Source of the DNA: Candidatus Bathyarchaeota archaeon
GTDB lineage: Archaea > Thermoproteota > Bathyarchaeia > Bathyarchaeales > Bathycorpusculaceae
Direction of reading: 5' to 3'
Assembly: GCA_963811105.1 (NCBI GenBank)
Contig: CAWEPZ010000011.1
Coordinates: 1,408,001-1,472,000, forward strand
DNA: 64,000 nucleotides
Under the pieces are notes generated by a model that was not told the origin of the DNA, ran no database searches, and saw only the letters and a list, made by a program, of their open reading frames with translations. The translations under genes and the position numbers were made by a program. Positions 20,064-30,711 of the stretch are shown here, in pieces. Numbering within the stretch: position 1 is the stretch's first letter; each line of letters begins with the position of its first letter.

Positions 20064-21672
20064 AGCTTGGCGCCTAAGCAGTCTACCTTACAGAGAAGTT
20101 GTGTACAGATCATTAGCTCAGGAAAGGAATCGAATGTGGTGGGGCGCTTTTGGAAGAAAATCAACCAACCAAGATTCAGCGGATGATGTTGAGTTAAGCA
20201 AGAAAGCGTTGCGCATTGCCAAGTTTGATAAAATCATTATTGCACTTTTTAATCTTGTAGTTGCGGTAATCCCTTTCAGTTCATTTTTCGTCGGCTCCAC
20301 AACTTTCGGTTTGAGCAGTTCGATTTCTCTTAGTTTAGCCATTACCTTTGGGTTTATGACTTTGTATGCAATTCAGACTCTTTCTTCTTTTGTGGGCGCG
20401 GAATCTTCAGTTTTGCTGTCGACTCTCCAGATATCATCAAACGATTTTTCGTTGATAACATTGTTTTCTTTTTTTAGGTCTGTAGATTATTTGGTAGTGA
20501 GCTCTGTTGTGAGCCAGGTTGTGTTAGTTGCATACCTTACTGCGTCTCCTTTGGCTACTGCACTCATGTTTGTTGCTTCTTTGATAAATTCAGTTTTTGC
20601 TGTAGCAGTTGCATTGTGGCTCTCAAGAGTTTTCCATAAGAATTATTTGCGCGGCGGAAGATCAAAGGGCACCACTGTTTTTCGAGGTTTCTTTGTCTTA
20701 CTCTGGGGATGCCTGCTTATGGGAGTAGGCTTGCTTTTGAGCGTGCCCTACTATGTTCTTCCACTTTTGGATACTGCTTTACTAAACGTTAACACATTAG
20801 TGGGTTTTCTTCTCAGTTTGATCTATCCTTTTTCGGCTGGTTTAGTTGTTTCAAAATTGTCCGGTTCTATAATTCCTCTTTTCACCGTGTTGGGGGCATC
20901 GGCTGCAATCATATTTTATGCTTTAGGAGCTTGGTTTTCAGCTAAATGGAGCTTGGGGACCGTGAAGCGTATTTCTCAAGGAGTGGGCGTTAGAATTGAT
21001 AGATCAAACGCCATCGATTTTCAGATTAAGAGACGCAGTCCTTTGCAAGGTTATGTCATGAAGGATTTGCGAGTTACTTCAAGAAATCCCGCTACTGCTT
21101 TCTTCTTTGTCCTTCCAGTTTTTGAAACGGTAATTGTAGCGTTTTTGGCTTCGAATGTTGAGTTTTTGAGGGCTTCAACGGTGCTTGTTGCTACTTCAAT
21201 GGGCGCTATTTTTGCTCTTTTGATTCCTCTTGCTCTCTTGAATTCGGAGGGGAAGGGAATAGAGTACGCTAAAACCTTGCCGATTACTTCCAAAAGAATG
21301 GTGTCTGCAAAAGCTCTCATAACTATGGTGACTTTCGTTCCAGTTCCTGTTGCTTTGCTTTGCCTCGCGTTGTTTAAGCCGCCGACTTCGTGGTTTACAG
21401 TGTTGATTCCATTTTTCATGGTAATTTCCATTGTTTCTGCAAGCATCTTTGAGATTTTGATTTTCTTGCGTTCAGTTGGTAGAAGCAGAATAGTTGGTGT
21501 AATTAATGATGTTGAAAAGATCCTTGTCGGTCTTTTGACGGTCTTTTTACCTGCTATTGCCTACGTAATCGTTTACCTCTTCTCATTTAATCATTCATTT
21601 GCAATTCTAGCATTGGGCGGAACAACATTTGTTGAATTATGGATAGCTTTTTTCACACTTAGGCGTGCATGA
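20044..21672 (+). CDS. ABC exporter permease
   Basis: Many hydrophobic segments; overlaps the ATPase gene. Confidence 0.8.
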   Translation: MVMKLTEAWRLSSLPYREVVYRSLAQERNRMWWGAFGRKSTNQDSADDVELSKKALRIAKFDKIIIALFNLVVAVIPFSSFFVGSTTFGLSSSISLSLAITFGFMTLYAIQTLSSFVGAESSVLLSTLQISSNDFSLITLFSFFRSVDYLVVSSVVSQVVLVAYLTASPLATALMFVASLINSVFAVAVALWLSRVFHKNYLRGGRSKGTTVFRGFFVLLWGCLLMGVGLLLSVPYYVLPLLDTALLNVNTLVGFLLSLIYPFSAGLVVSKLSGSIIPLFTVLGASAAIIFYALGAWFSAKWSLGTVKRISQGVGVRIDRSNAIDFQIKRRSPLQGYVMKDLRVTSRNPATAFFFVLPVFETVIVAFLASNVEFLRASTVLVATSMGAIFALLIPLALLNSEGKGIEYAKTLPITSKRMVSAKALITMVTFVPVPVALLCLALFKPPTSWFTVLIPFFMVISIVSASIFEILIFLRSVGRSRIVGVINDVEKILVGLLTVFLPAIAYVIVYLFSFNHSFAILALGGTTFVELWIAFFTLRRA

Positions 21673-22027
21673 AAGATCTCATTGAAATGTTTTCGATAAA
21701 ACAACGCGATTGCAAAATTGATACGAGTGCGCTGAAAATTCAGGAGTCTGCTTAATGAAGTCTTGAATTTGATCAGTAGACAGGAAGAGCTTCTGACTCA
21801 AACCACACATATCTTGAACACATATTTTTTTCTGGTAAAATAAGGTTGATGGTCCCACCCACCTTACAACCAGATTTAGGTTTCCATGCAACAAAGAAGT
21901 AACACAACTACTTTTTTCAATGCTAACTAAATCAAACGGTGTGTCCAAAGAAAGAATATTTGGTGTTAATGCTAAACCATTTTCCATCAAAAAATTGCTT
22001 TTCATAAGTAACGGTTAAAAGCCAATA

Positions 22028-22690
22028 ATGCACACAAATATTAAACACCCAGAAGGTTTGGTCACAAAAATGTCTGCTAAAAACGAACAAAGAAAATTCG
22101 TCTCCGTTGACCCGAGCAAGTGCACTGGTTGCGGAATCTGCGAATTAGCTTGCAGCCAAGAAAAAAACGAAGAAAGCCCAATTCGGTCAAGAATCCGCGT
22201 TGTCCGCATGACCCCTATGTTCAATTTTGCTCTGTCATGTCGTGCATGTAAAGATGCTAAATGCGTTAAAGCATGTCCGGAAAAAGCAATTGCGCAAGAA
22301 GAGAGCACCGGTTTGTTGATGATTGATGAGAGGAAATGTAAAGGGTGCGATTGGTGCGTTCAAGCATGCGAATACGGCGGCATCACTATTCAAAGTGACA
22401 GTGGCATAGCAACCGCATGTGACCTATGCGGTGACAAGCCTCAATGCATAGAATTCTGCCCTGAAGAAGCTATAGAACTCGTGGACTCTGATGAAGCAGC
22501 AGAAAAACGCTTCAACGACGCACTAGAAAAACTACCTATACAATGCGACCAATTAATGACCGCCGTCAAAAACAAGGATTGGAAACCATTACTAGCTACA
22601 GCAGAGAAAAGGTCAGAAAAAGTCTCAGAGAAACTCGAAGCATTAAACAAAAAGACAGTTGCAAAACAAAAGGCACAGAAAGAAAAGTAG
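22028..22690 (+). CDS. 4Fe-4S dicluster protein (DmsB/HydN/AOR small-subunit type) with a helical C-terminal extension
   Basis: CTGCGICELAC, CRACKDAKCVKACP, CKGCDWCVQAC, CDLC...CIEFCP. Confidence 0.88.
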   Translation: MHTNIKHPEGLVTKMSAKNEQRKFVSVDPSKCTGCGICELACSQEKNEESPIRSRIRVVRMTPMFNFALSCRACKDAKCVKACPEKAIAQEESTGLLMIDERKCKGCDWCVQACEYGGITIQSDSGIATACDLCGDKPQCIEFCPEEAIELVDSDEAAEKRFNDALEKLPIQCDQLMTAVKNKDWKPLLATAEKRSEKVSEKLEALNKKTVAKQKAQKEK

Positions 22691-22701
22691 CCCATTTCTA
22701 A

Positions 22702-23556
22702 CTATTTATTTTCTTCATAGCCTCTCAAGAAGCTATCAATATCCAAGCCAACTCGCTCGCCGACGTACCCGCCTTCCAAAACAAAAAAAGCGGGCTTCTT
22801 CAGAAAAGCGACTCTTTTCCCAATCTCCAAATAATCATGCTCCACTAAGCTTAACGTAGCTAAATCACCAAGATGAGTATCAAAGCCGCAAGAAACCGCA
22901 ACCACTTCAACTCTACTGAAATCCACAGTGCGCAATGCTTTATCTAGGGTCTCCAAATACCGTTGCCCACCACAATCTGACGGCAAAGCAAAGTTGATAC
23001 AGTTCCCCTCAGAGAAGCGGCCAGTTCCCGGGTAATTAGGTGACTGATGCAACGAAACGTAAACCACTTTTTCATCTCCTTGAAAAATCTCTTGAGTTCC
23101 ATTTCCATGATGCCCGTCAATGTCCAAAATCAGCGTTCTTTTGCCTAATTTTTTAACTGCAATCGCAATGTTATTTAGGTAACAGAACCCACGTGTTGCC
23201 GCGCCTAAAGCCACCCCGCTTCTGCCAGCGTGGTGTCCTGGCGGACGCATAAGAGAAAAACCACCAATTTCACTGGCTAAAATTGCGCCACCTGCCGAAA
23301 GTGTGGCGTACTCGTAAATTTTATCGTAGGCGGGGGTATCTGGGTCTTCAACTAATCCTTTTTTCAGATTCCACAGGTAATCAGCGTCATGAACAGCTAA
23401 AATGTTTTCTTCACTAGCTGGTTTAGGCTCCAAAAACTCGTAGCCCTTTGTTTTCAGAATTTCAACCGCTGCTTTCACTCTTTGAGGTCCTTCAATGTGC
23501 CATGTACCATAGCCTAAACTTTTTTCGGAATAAACCACTCTTGGCTTCATTGGCAT
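22702..23556 (-). CDS. Histone deacetylase / acetylpolyamine amidohydrolase family
   Basis: RPPGHHAG, GFCYLNN, DIDGHHGNGTQ, GFD, LEGGY. Confidence 0.92.
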   Translation of the reverse strand: MPMKPRVVYSEKSLGYGTWHIEGPQRVKAAVEILKTKGYEFLEPKPASEENILAVHDADYLWNLKKGLVEDPDTPAYDKIYEYATLSAGGAILASEIGGFSLMRPPGHHAGRSGVALGAATRGFCYLNNIAIAVKKLGKRTLILDIDGHHGNGTQEIFQGDEKVVYVSLHQSPNYPGTGRFSEGNCINFALPSDCGGQRYLETLDKALRTVDFSRVEVVAVSCGFDTHLGDLATLSLVEHDYLEIGKRVAFLKKPAFFVLEGGYVGERVGLDIDSFLRGYEENK

Positions 23557-23635
23557 CCAGTAGACAGATAAATAACGCTTTCACATTAAAACATTAACCT
23601 ACACGGATTTGCTTTAAAAATCGGAGAAAAAGTTA

Positions 23636-25588
23636 ATGACTGCTTCAGAGAATCCATTTGACCAGTTTCGCCAAGAATGCCAAAAAACGTTAGCTGACGC
23701 ACTCGAGAAAGCTTTGCCAGAAATAAAAACGCCAAGTATTACCTTAAACAAAACACCAAACATTGAATATGGGCAATTAGCTTCATCGCTGTGTTTTGAA
23801 TTGGCAAAGAAATTAAACCAAAAACCATTGGACATCGCCCAATACCTTGTCGAAGCAATCGATAAAACCAGCTTTAGACTGATTGAAAAGGTAACTTGCG
23901 CAGGTGTTGGGTACATCAATTTTCACGTCAACTTTTCCAAGTTCTCGGCTTTAACTCTCCAGTCTGTTAAAGGGTTAGCGTTTGATTACGGTTTCGTGAA
24001 AACGAATAACTCAACTAAAATTATTGTTGAGCATACAAGTGTTAACCCACTCCACCCGATACACGTCGGGCAAGCGAGAAATCCAATGATAGGCGACGCA
24101 CTAGCTCGCATTTTGGAATGCAGGGGACACTGTGTTTCGCGGCACTACTACATTGATGATGTAGGCAGACAATCATCCGTAGTTGCCTATGGTTACGAAA
24201 AGCTAGGTCGACCTAAACCCACAGAGAAACCCGACCTCTATGTGGGAAAAATCTACACCGTTACCAGCTGTCTTGTAGAAATAAATCGCCTCAAAAGAGC
24301 ACGGGACCTTGCTATCGCCGTTAACTCAGCAGATGATTTGGCGAAGGCGAATAAGGAAATTGATGAGTGGATGTCAATTGCGGCTGAACTCAAAGAAAAA
24401 TACCCAGTGCTGTTCGAAGCGTTAATGGGCAAAATCAGCGAAGACGAAAATCCGGAGGAAGAAATAAACCGCCTCAACCGGGCCTATGAAGATGGAGAAC
24501 CTAAAGCTAAACAGCTAATCCGCGAGGTCAGTGACTTGTGTCTTGAAGGCTTCAGAGAAACAATGAAGAGAGTTGCCGTTAAGTACGACTCGTGGGATTG
24601 GGAAAGCGACTTTGTATGGAGTGCGCAGGTTAGTGAGGTTTTGCAGAAGCTTAAGACTTCACCTTTTGTTTACAGCGATAAAGGCGTGGTGGAGTTTGAT
24701 GCTGACAAAGTTATACGTGTTCTAGATTTGAAAGGCAAGTTAGGTTTAGGTGAGAATTATGAAGTTCCGCCCTTGACGCTTGGGCGCGCTGACGGCACCA
24801 CGCTCTACACCACTCGCGACTTAGCTTACACACTCTGGAAGTTTAAGCATGCAGACAAAGTCATAAACGTGATCGGGATGGAGCAGTCGCTGGCTCAGTT
24901 GCAGCTTAAACTTGCAATGTACGCACTAGGCTATACTGAGTTTGCTGACAATCTGGTTCACTTCGCTTATAATTTGGTCACTTTGCCCGGCTACAAGATG
25001 AGCAGCCGCAGAGGACACTACATCACATTCGATGAAGTGTTGGACGAAGCGGTCCAACGAGCGTACGAAGAAGTCTCGAAGCGATCTCCAATGTTGTCTG
25101 AGGAAGAGAAGCGCAAAATTGCTAACTTCGTTGGCTTAGGCGCTGTCCGATATGCGCTTGTCGATGTTGACCCGTCAAAACCAGTTATCTTTACCTGGGA
25201 GCGCGTGCTTAACTTCGAAACCAACAGCGCACCCTACGTACAATATACCCATGCTAGGGCATGCAGCATTTTGCGCAAAGCAGCAAGAGAACCAGAAAAA
25301 CCAGCTTTTGAACTGCTAACCGAGCGGCTTGAACGCGAGCTTATATTGAACCTTGCGAGCTTCCCAGACACCTTCGTCGAGGCTACGGAATACCTCAAGC
25401 CCAATATGATTGCTGATTATGCAAACGCATTAGCGGATAAATTTAATACCTTCTACAATGCATTGCCCGTCCTCAAAGCAGATTCAAAAGGACTGGTTGA
25501 TGCACGAATAACGCTAACACAGGCAATACAAATCGTGATGCACAATGCACTAACGCTAATCGGTGTGGTTGCACCAGAAAAGATGTAG
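23636..25588 (+). CDS. argS: Arginine--tRNA ligase
   Basis: EHTSVNPLHPIHVGQARN (HIGH-like), DGTTLYTTRDLAY, KMSSRRG, PYVQYTHAR. Confidence 0.96.
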   Translation: MTASENPFDQFRQECQKTLADALEKALPEIKTPSITLNKTPNIEYGQLASSLCFELAKKLNQKPLDIAQYLVEAIDKTSFRLIEKVTCAGVGYINFHVNFSKFSALTLQSVKGLAFDYGFVKTNNSTKIIVEHTSVNPLHPIHVGQARNPMIGDALARILECRGHCVSRHYYIDDVGRQSSVVAYGYEKLGRPKPTEKPDLYVGKIYTVTSCLVEINRLKRARDLAIAVNSADDLAKANKEIDEWMSIAAELKEKYPVLFEALMGKISEDENPEEEINRLNRAYEDGEPKAKQLIREVSDLCLEGFRETMKRVAVKYDSWDWESDFVWSAQVSEVLQKLKTSPFVYSDKGVVEFDADKVIRVLDLKGKLGLGENYEVPPLTLGRADGTTLYTTRDLAYTLWKFKHADKVINVIGMEQSLAQLQLKLAMYALGYTEFADNLVHFAYNLVTLPGYKMSSRRGHYITFDEVLDEAVQRAYEEVSKRSPMLSEEEKRKIANFVGLGAVRYALVDVDPSKPVIFTWERVLNFETNSAPYVQYTHARACSILRKAAREPEKPAFELLTERLERELILNLASFPDTFVEATEYLKPNMIADYANALADKFNTFYNALPVLKADSKGLVDARITLTQAIQIVMHNALTLIGVVAPEKM

Positions 25589-25668
25589 ATTTTCAGTGGA
25601 CTACGGAAGATTCAACTAGTTAGCAAAGTTTTGGAACTGATTAATAGCATGTTTGGATAGTTTTTGCA

Positions 25669-26787
25669 ATGACAAATTTCATATACAAGCCCATTAATTT
25701 TACAACGAGGCACACATTAATGAGCGACTCATACTTCAAAAAGAAACTAGAACCAATCAAAGTCACAAAACAGAAACCTATCTCACAACTCCTAAAAGAA
25801 ATGGGCAAAACCGCTTACCAAGGACGCAAGCTTGGAGAGGCTGTTGATGTCTGGGAAAACATGATTAAAGAAAAAGACACCGTAATCGCCATGGGTTTTG
25901 CAGGCTCCATGAGTACCGCGGGACAATGGACAATTGTCAATTGGCTTATGGAAAACCGTTTCATCGACGTGCTGGTTTCGACTGGCGCCAACGTTTCCGA
26001 AGACATAGTGGATGCCATGGGTCTTGGTTACTATCAAGGCAACCATATGGTAAACGATGAGCAACTGCTCCATGACGATGTCAACCGATATTACGACGTT
26101 TACGGCAAAGAAACCGATTATCGAGAAATGGAAACGCTTGTTACAGACTTCGTTATGACATGCAAAGAAGACTACCAATATACTTCAGCAGAATTCCTCT
26201 ATTTGCTTGGCAAATATCTGGGAAAGAAAAAAATTCCAGCCATCTCTGCAGTTGCAGCAGCCAATGGTGTCCCAATTTTCAGCCCAGCCATGGTCGACAG
26301 CGCCTACGGCGAAACATTCTTGTTAGCTAAAAATCAAGGACACAACGTCCACATCGATTCTGTAAAAGAATTTGACCAATTCGTCAGCATCGGCACTAAA
26401 ACCAAGGAAGTCGGCGTTGTCTACATCGGCGGCGGCGTTCCTAAAGACCTCACCCAACTTATCGCCATATCCGTCTCCCCAATGACGTGCGACCAAGGAG
26501 TAAAAGGCAGAAAAGGCGGTTTACGCAAAAGCCTACAAGAATACTACTACCCCCACAAATACGCCATACAAATCACCACAGACTCACCTCAATGGGGCGG
26601 CTTAAGCGGTTGCACTTTAGAAGAAGCCATCAGCTGGGGCAAAATCAACAGCCAAACAGGAACAAGAGCAGTCTGCTACTGTGACGCAACCATTGCACTG
26701 CCACTTATCTGCCATGCATTAGCTGAGCGGGTTCCAGAAAAACGCAAGGGGCCAGACATGAGCTGGCTATTCAAAGGCGTCCAATAA
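25669..26787 (+). CDS. Deoxyhypusine synthase-like protein (second paralog; may be homospermidine-synthase-like)
   Basis: FAGSMSTAG, VSTGAN, IGGGVPKD, GGLSGCTLEEAISWGK. Confidence 0.85.
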   Translation: MTNFIYKPINFTTRHTLMSDSYFKKKLEPIKVTKQKPISQLLKEMGKTAYQGRKLGEAVDVWENMIKEKDTVIAMGFAGSMSTAGQWTIVNWLMENRFIDVLVSTGANVSEDIVDAMGLGYYQGNHMVNDEQLLHDDVNRYYDVYGKETDYREMETLVTDFVMTCKEDYQYTSAEFLYLLGKYLGKKKIPAISAVAAANGVPIFSPAMVDSAYGETFLLAKNQGHNVHIDSVKEFDQFVSIGTKTKEVGVVYIGGGVPKDLTQLIAISVSPMTCDQGVKGRKGGLRKSLQEYYYPHKYAIQITTDSPQWGGLSGCTLEEAISWGKINSQTGTRAVCYCDATIALPLICHALAERVPEKRKGPDMSWLFKGVQ

Positions 26788-26800
26788 ACGGCCTAAACTT

Positions 26801-27766
26801 TTATTTTCTTTTCTTTTTGTTTAACCTATCTATAAGCGAAGCGGTCATTATTGGCATGATTACTGTGGCGTCGCCTTCTATCATTATGCGTTTGGCTTTT
26901 TCGCTGATTTTTCCCCATGAGACGGCTTCTCTGGGGCGTGCACCGCTTAGGCTTCCATCCCACTCATCTGCCGTGCTGATGTAAACAACAAAGTCTAAGC
27001 CGTCCTTGAACTGATTCCACCAAATCACATGGTGCTTGCTGATGCCTCCGCCAACGATGAGTGCGCCAGTTTGCTTAGCATCAAAAACTATGTTGTTTAG
27101 ATCATCCTCGTCTTTAAGCAAGTTAATCCTGAAGTCTTTGTGATCCTGGCTGAAGAACCAAAGCTGATAGCCTACAGAACCATCAGTTATGCCTGGTACA
27201 AAGACTGGAATGTTGTTTTTGGCTGCCCAATAAAGAATTGAGCTTTCGCCGCAACGGCGCAGACCAATTTCACGGCACAACTCGCTTGTGGAAAGTTCCC
27301 GTTTGCCTTCCTTGTATAGCTCTTCAAGCAGGCCTAAGATTTTCTGCTCTATAATTATTCCATAGCTATCATTTGGTACAAGCACGTTTCCCAGGCGATT
27401 GACACCTTCACGATGGAGTTTTGTGTCGCTCATTATGAAGCTGCCTTTGTAGTAATCTTTCCAGCATCGTGCCACGTCATGATCCAATGTTCCACAAGTG
27501 GTAATTATTACATCAACAAGTTTGCGTTTTACAAGTTCTTTGATAACGCCTCGGGTGCCAGTTGCCACAATATCCGCGGTGAAAGAGAGAAATTTAACAC
27601 AGTTCCTTGAGTTAATCATGGCTTCCATAATGCTGACGCCTGTAGCCAGTTTGCCTGCGGTGAAACCCCATGCCTTGTCCATTTGTTTAACAAGGTCATT
27701 TACGGACATATTTTCAGTAAATTGATAATCTTCCACTGGAACTTTATGTGATTCGTTATGAGACAT
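26801..27766 (-). CDS. dys: Deoxyhypusine synthase (canonical type)
   Basis: ITTCGTLDHD, GVNRLGN, PGITDGS, GGGISKHH, DGSLSGARPREAVSWGK. Confidence 0.93.
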   Translation of the reverse strand: MSHNESHKVPVEDYQFTENMSVNDLVKQMDKAWGFTAGKLATGVSIMEAMINSRNCVKFLSFTADIVATGTRGVIKELVKRKLVDVIITTCGTLDHDVARCWKDYYKGSFIMSDTKLHREGVNRLGNVLVPNDSYGIIIEQKILGLLEELYKEGKRELSTSELCREIGLRRCGESSILYWAAKNNIPVFVPGITDGSVGYQLWFFSQDHKDFRINLLKDEDDLNNIVFDAKQTGALIVGGGISKHHVIWWNQFKDGLDFVVYISTADEWDGSLSGARPREAVSWGKISEKAKRIMIEGDATVIMPIMTASLIDRLNKKKRK

Positions 27767-27831
27767 ATGATAATCACTTGATGCACTTTGTTAAGAAACG
27801 TCAAGATAAATACATGTCGAAAAATACTGGG

Positions 27832-28722
27832 CTATTCAGACAAGTAAGAGATGATTCTCTGATAAATGTCCTTGTCCATAGAGTCTTCGTAGCCTGCATA
27901 AATGCTTGGATTATCATTAACTTCCACGACAACGTAGTTGCCGTCTACTTCTTTGATGTCAACTCCATAGAGCCCTTTACCAACAACACTGCAAGCCTTC
28001 AAAGCCACTTCTCTTAGTCCAGCAGGTATCTCTTGCTTCTTCATGCTTACCGTTCTGCCCCAAATCACCGTTGGTTTGCCCCGAAGTTTTGCGCCGTGCT
28101 TCCATTTGCCTTTGGGAATCATGTATTTACAAACGTAAAGAACATCATCGTTTAAGACTCCTACTCTCCAGTCAAAAGCGGTTGGTGTAAATTTCTGAAT
28201 GGCTAAAACATCTGATTTCTTAAAGAATCGTTTGGCAACATCTCTAAAGCTTGTTTCACAAGCAGCCTTCTCCACATAACGCGAGAAACTCGTATACGGT
28301 GCCTTTATAACAACAGGTTTTCCGAGCACATCGAATACTTCGCTGATTTTTTTGTGATGCAACTCTTCTCTATCAAGGAACATTGTGGGTATGTGCGGCA
28401 CATTATATTTCTCAAATAAGGCATATTGATGGATTTTGTTGCCACATATCGTTATAGATTCTGGGTCATCGATAACTTTCAAACCAAGTTCCCATGCAGT
28501 TTTAGAAACAACATAAGCCGCATTCAAAGGGTCAGTTGTTGCTCGAATAAAAACTGCATCATATTTTGGAACATCGGAAATATCTTCACGAAACAAGAAA
28601 TTGAATTGGTTGCCTGCTTTTTCCGCCGCTTTCTTGAAGTTTTGAAGAGCGCCTTCCTCTCGAATATCAGTAAAATTATATTTTTCAACAAAGCAGGCGA
28701 TCTTAGACACCGAAGGGTTCAC
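27832..28722 (-). CDS. RimK-family ATP-grasp ligase
   Basis: YDAVFIRATT, VIDDPESI, KAPYTSFS, FDWRVGVL, GLYGVDIK, EVNDNPS. Confidence 0.9.
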   Translation of the reverse strand: MNPSVSKIACFVEKYNFTDIREEGALQNFKKAAEKAGNQFNFLFREDISDVPKYDAVFIRATTDPLNAAYVVSKTAWELGLKVIDDPESITICGNKIHQYALFEKYNVPHIPTMFLDREELHHKKISEVFDVLGKPVVIKAPYTSFSRYVEKAACETSFRDVAKRFFKKSDVLAIQKFTPTAFDWRVGVLNDDVLYVCKYMIPKGKWKHGAKLRGKPTVIWGRTVSMKKQEIPAGLREVALKACSVVGKGLYGVDIKEVDGNYVVVEVNDNPSIYAGYEDSMDKDIYQRIISYLSE

Positions 28723-29404
28723 CCTGCTCAGAAATGAGCAAAACCTCTTTCGAAATTATTTTCAAGTCTTGTTCGGAAAGCTCCTCTTTGCTTAGGGGTT
28801 GCAGTCCACACAAATAAGCTTTCTCTTGCGTTTTTTGAAGGTGGAGTTTGCATACAGGGATTTTGAAGGTTTCATAAACTTTCTGCGCGATTTCTTGTGT
28901 CTGCGGATCTTCATCGACTGTTTTGCCTAAGAAAGATTTGATGGTGACGAGTTCACCTTTGAATGGCTGAGCGCATACAGCGAATTTGTAGTTCATGCCC
29001 AGGCTTTTCATAGCTCGGTATAGGGCGCTTTTGTTTTGGGCGATTTTGTAGCCGTCATAAATGAAAGGATTCACCGCAAAAACGATTACAGGCAAGCCAA
29101 GTTCCATAGTTATCTTTTTTACAGAGTCTGTAACGAGAGAGGGCAAAGTTGGAATTCCAGCTTTAGCCGCTCGGAGGAGAAGAATAGGGATTCTGCTTGA
29201 GTCAATGATATTTTCGCATGATGGAATAACTCGGTTGCCTAGAATCTCGGCATGCATCGACACATAATACCCTGATTTCATGTATCGGTATTCATTATTG
29301 ATGTTGAGTGTGGATTCTTTGATTGTGGATTCTAAAAACGATGCGGGCTTCATTACTTGAAGATTAGGGGTTAGGTCGATGTTTGAGACGACCAACACGG
29401 TCAT
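28703..29404 (-). CDS. RimK-like ATP-grasp N-terminal (RLAN) domain protein
   Basis: NINNEYRYMKSGYYVSMHAEILGNRVIPS, matching the RLAN YxYxSxGYYxSLxAE pattern; overlaps the ATP-grasp gene. Confidence 0.82.
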   Translation of the reverse strand: MTVLVVSNIDLTPNLQVMKPASFLESTIKESTLNINNEYRYMKSGYYVSMHAEILGNRVIPSCENIIDSSRIPILLLRAAKAGIPTLPSLVTDSVKKITMELGLPVIVFAVNPFIYDGYKIAQNKSALYRAMKSLGMNYKFAVCAQPFKGELVTIKSFLGKTVDEDPQTQEIAQKVYETFKIPVCKLHLQKTQEKAYLCGLQPLSKEELSEQDLKIISKEVLLISEQGEPFGV

Positions 29405-29458
29405 GAGACACCAGGTAATTAAAAGGCGTTATTCGTGTAGTTATATTTAAGATTAACT

Positions 29459-30697
29459 ATGTTTATATTCGCATCCAAATTAGCGCTAAACAAAAAGAGG
29501 CACAACTTTACGTATAAGACACTTGAAGTGCTTGGACCAGAACTTGAATACTCGCTTGTAAACCAAGAACTAAAGCCCCTGCCCATCTCTGACAAAATCA
29601 TAAAAGGTTACTGCGGAAAAACCATTAATTTTGTAGAACAACCATCATTCACGTTTGGAAAAGAAATGCAACTGCATGTAATGGAAGTAAAAGCCTCCTC
29701 TCCCTTCAAATCACCTATTCAATTTGAAGAGACTATGCAGAACGCAGTTTCAACCCTCAACCAAATCCTGAAAAAACAAGGTGCTTTGCTTCTTGGTACA
29801 GGAATGCATCCGCTGCTACAGTTGAAGGACACTGCCGTCTGGCCACACTATCACAGAAAAATCTATCAGGAATATGGCAAAATTTTCAATCTAAACCAAC
29901 ATGGCTGGCTAAATATCCAAAGCTTCCACCTAAATCTCCCATTCCAAAAAGAAGCTGATGGTATCCAAATCCATAATTTGCTTGCTAACTTGTGCGCTTA
30001 TCTTCCAGCAATTGCTGCTTCCTCACCCATATACGAAGGCAAGAACGGAGTCGACATTGACAATCGCTTGCAATTCTACAAGGTAAACCAAAAAGAAATT
30101 CCATCTATAACTGCAGAAGTCATCCCAGAATATATTACTTCAATTGCCCAGTACAAAAGAGATGTTATTGAGCGGTACTCTAATGATTTAGCTAAAGCTG
30201 GAGCAGCTAAGACGCTGTTGAAGCGGGAGTGGGTTAATTCAAGAGGGGTAATTTTCCGATTTGATCGTTCAGCCCTTGAAGTTCGTGTGATGGATGAACA
30301 GGAATGTGTTAAATCAGATGTGGCACTGAGTTGTTTTATTCGTGCTGCACTTAGAGGATTAATGGAATTGAAGTCTGAGCTTTTGCCGCATGACCTGCTG
30401 GTTAAGGACTTTAACGCAATAGTTCACAGAGGGTTAAACGCTGAAGTTTCAAATCCAAATGGCAAAACAGCGAGGCAAGTATGCCAACACTATCTTCACA
30501 TTGCAGAAAGGTACGCTGATGAAGATGAGAAAAACTATATTTGGATTATCAAGAAACGCCTGGACGATGGCAATCTATCTGACCTCATAAAGAACAGGGT
30601 CTCAAGGTGCGCCCAGAAAACCGATTTCCACGAAGCAATCACAAACGTTTATTCAACGCTTATTAAGTGCCTTTCCGATAATGAACCCTATTTCTAA
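29459..30697 (+). CDS. Glutamate--cysteine ligase family 2 (GCS2) carboxylate-amine ligase
   Basis: GPELEY, KEMQLHVMEVK, GTGMHP, HGWLNIQSFHLNLPF, NSRGVIFRFDRSALEVRVMD. Confidence 0.88.
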   Translation: MFIFASKLALNKKRHNFTYKTLEVLGPELEYSLVNQELKPLPISDKIIKGYCGKTINFVEQPSFTFGKEMQLHVMEVKASSPFKSPIQFEETMQNAVSTLNQILKKQGALLLGTGMHPLLQLKDTAVWPHYHRKIYQEYGKIFNLNQHGWLNIQSFHLNLPFQKEADGIQIHNLLANLCAYLPAIAASSPIYEGKNGVDIDNRLQFYKVNQKEIPSITAEVIPEYITSIAQYKRDVIERYSNDLAKAGAAKTLLKREWVNSRGVIFRFDRSALEVRVMDEQECVKSDVALSCFIRAALRGLMELKSELLPHDLLVKDFNAIVHRGLNAEVSNPNGKTARQVCQHYLHIAERYADEDEKNYIWIIKKRLDDGNLSDLIKNRVSRCAQKTDFHEAITNVYSTLIKCLSDNEPYF

Positions 30698-30711
30698 AAA
30701 AGGTAACCCCA

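Noticed and set aside
21855-21865. TCCCACCCACC as an attR copy of the tRNA-Leu 3' end bounding an integrated element
   Set aside because: Only ~10 of 11 bases match, which is expected by chance, and no integrase is nearby
21679-22005. 108-aa minus-strand ORF in the gap after the ABC permease
   Set aside because: No motif, RBS or family resemblance; probably spurious
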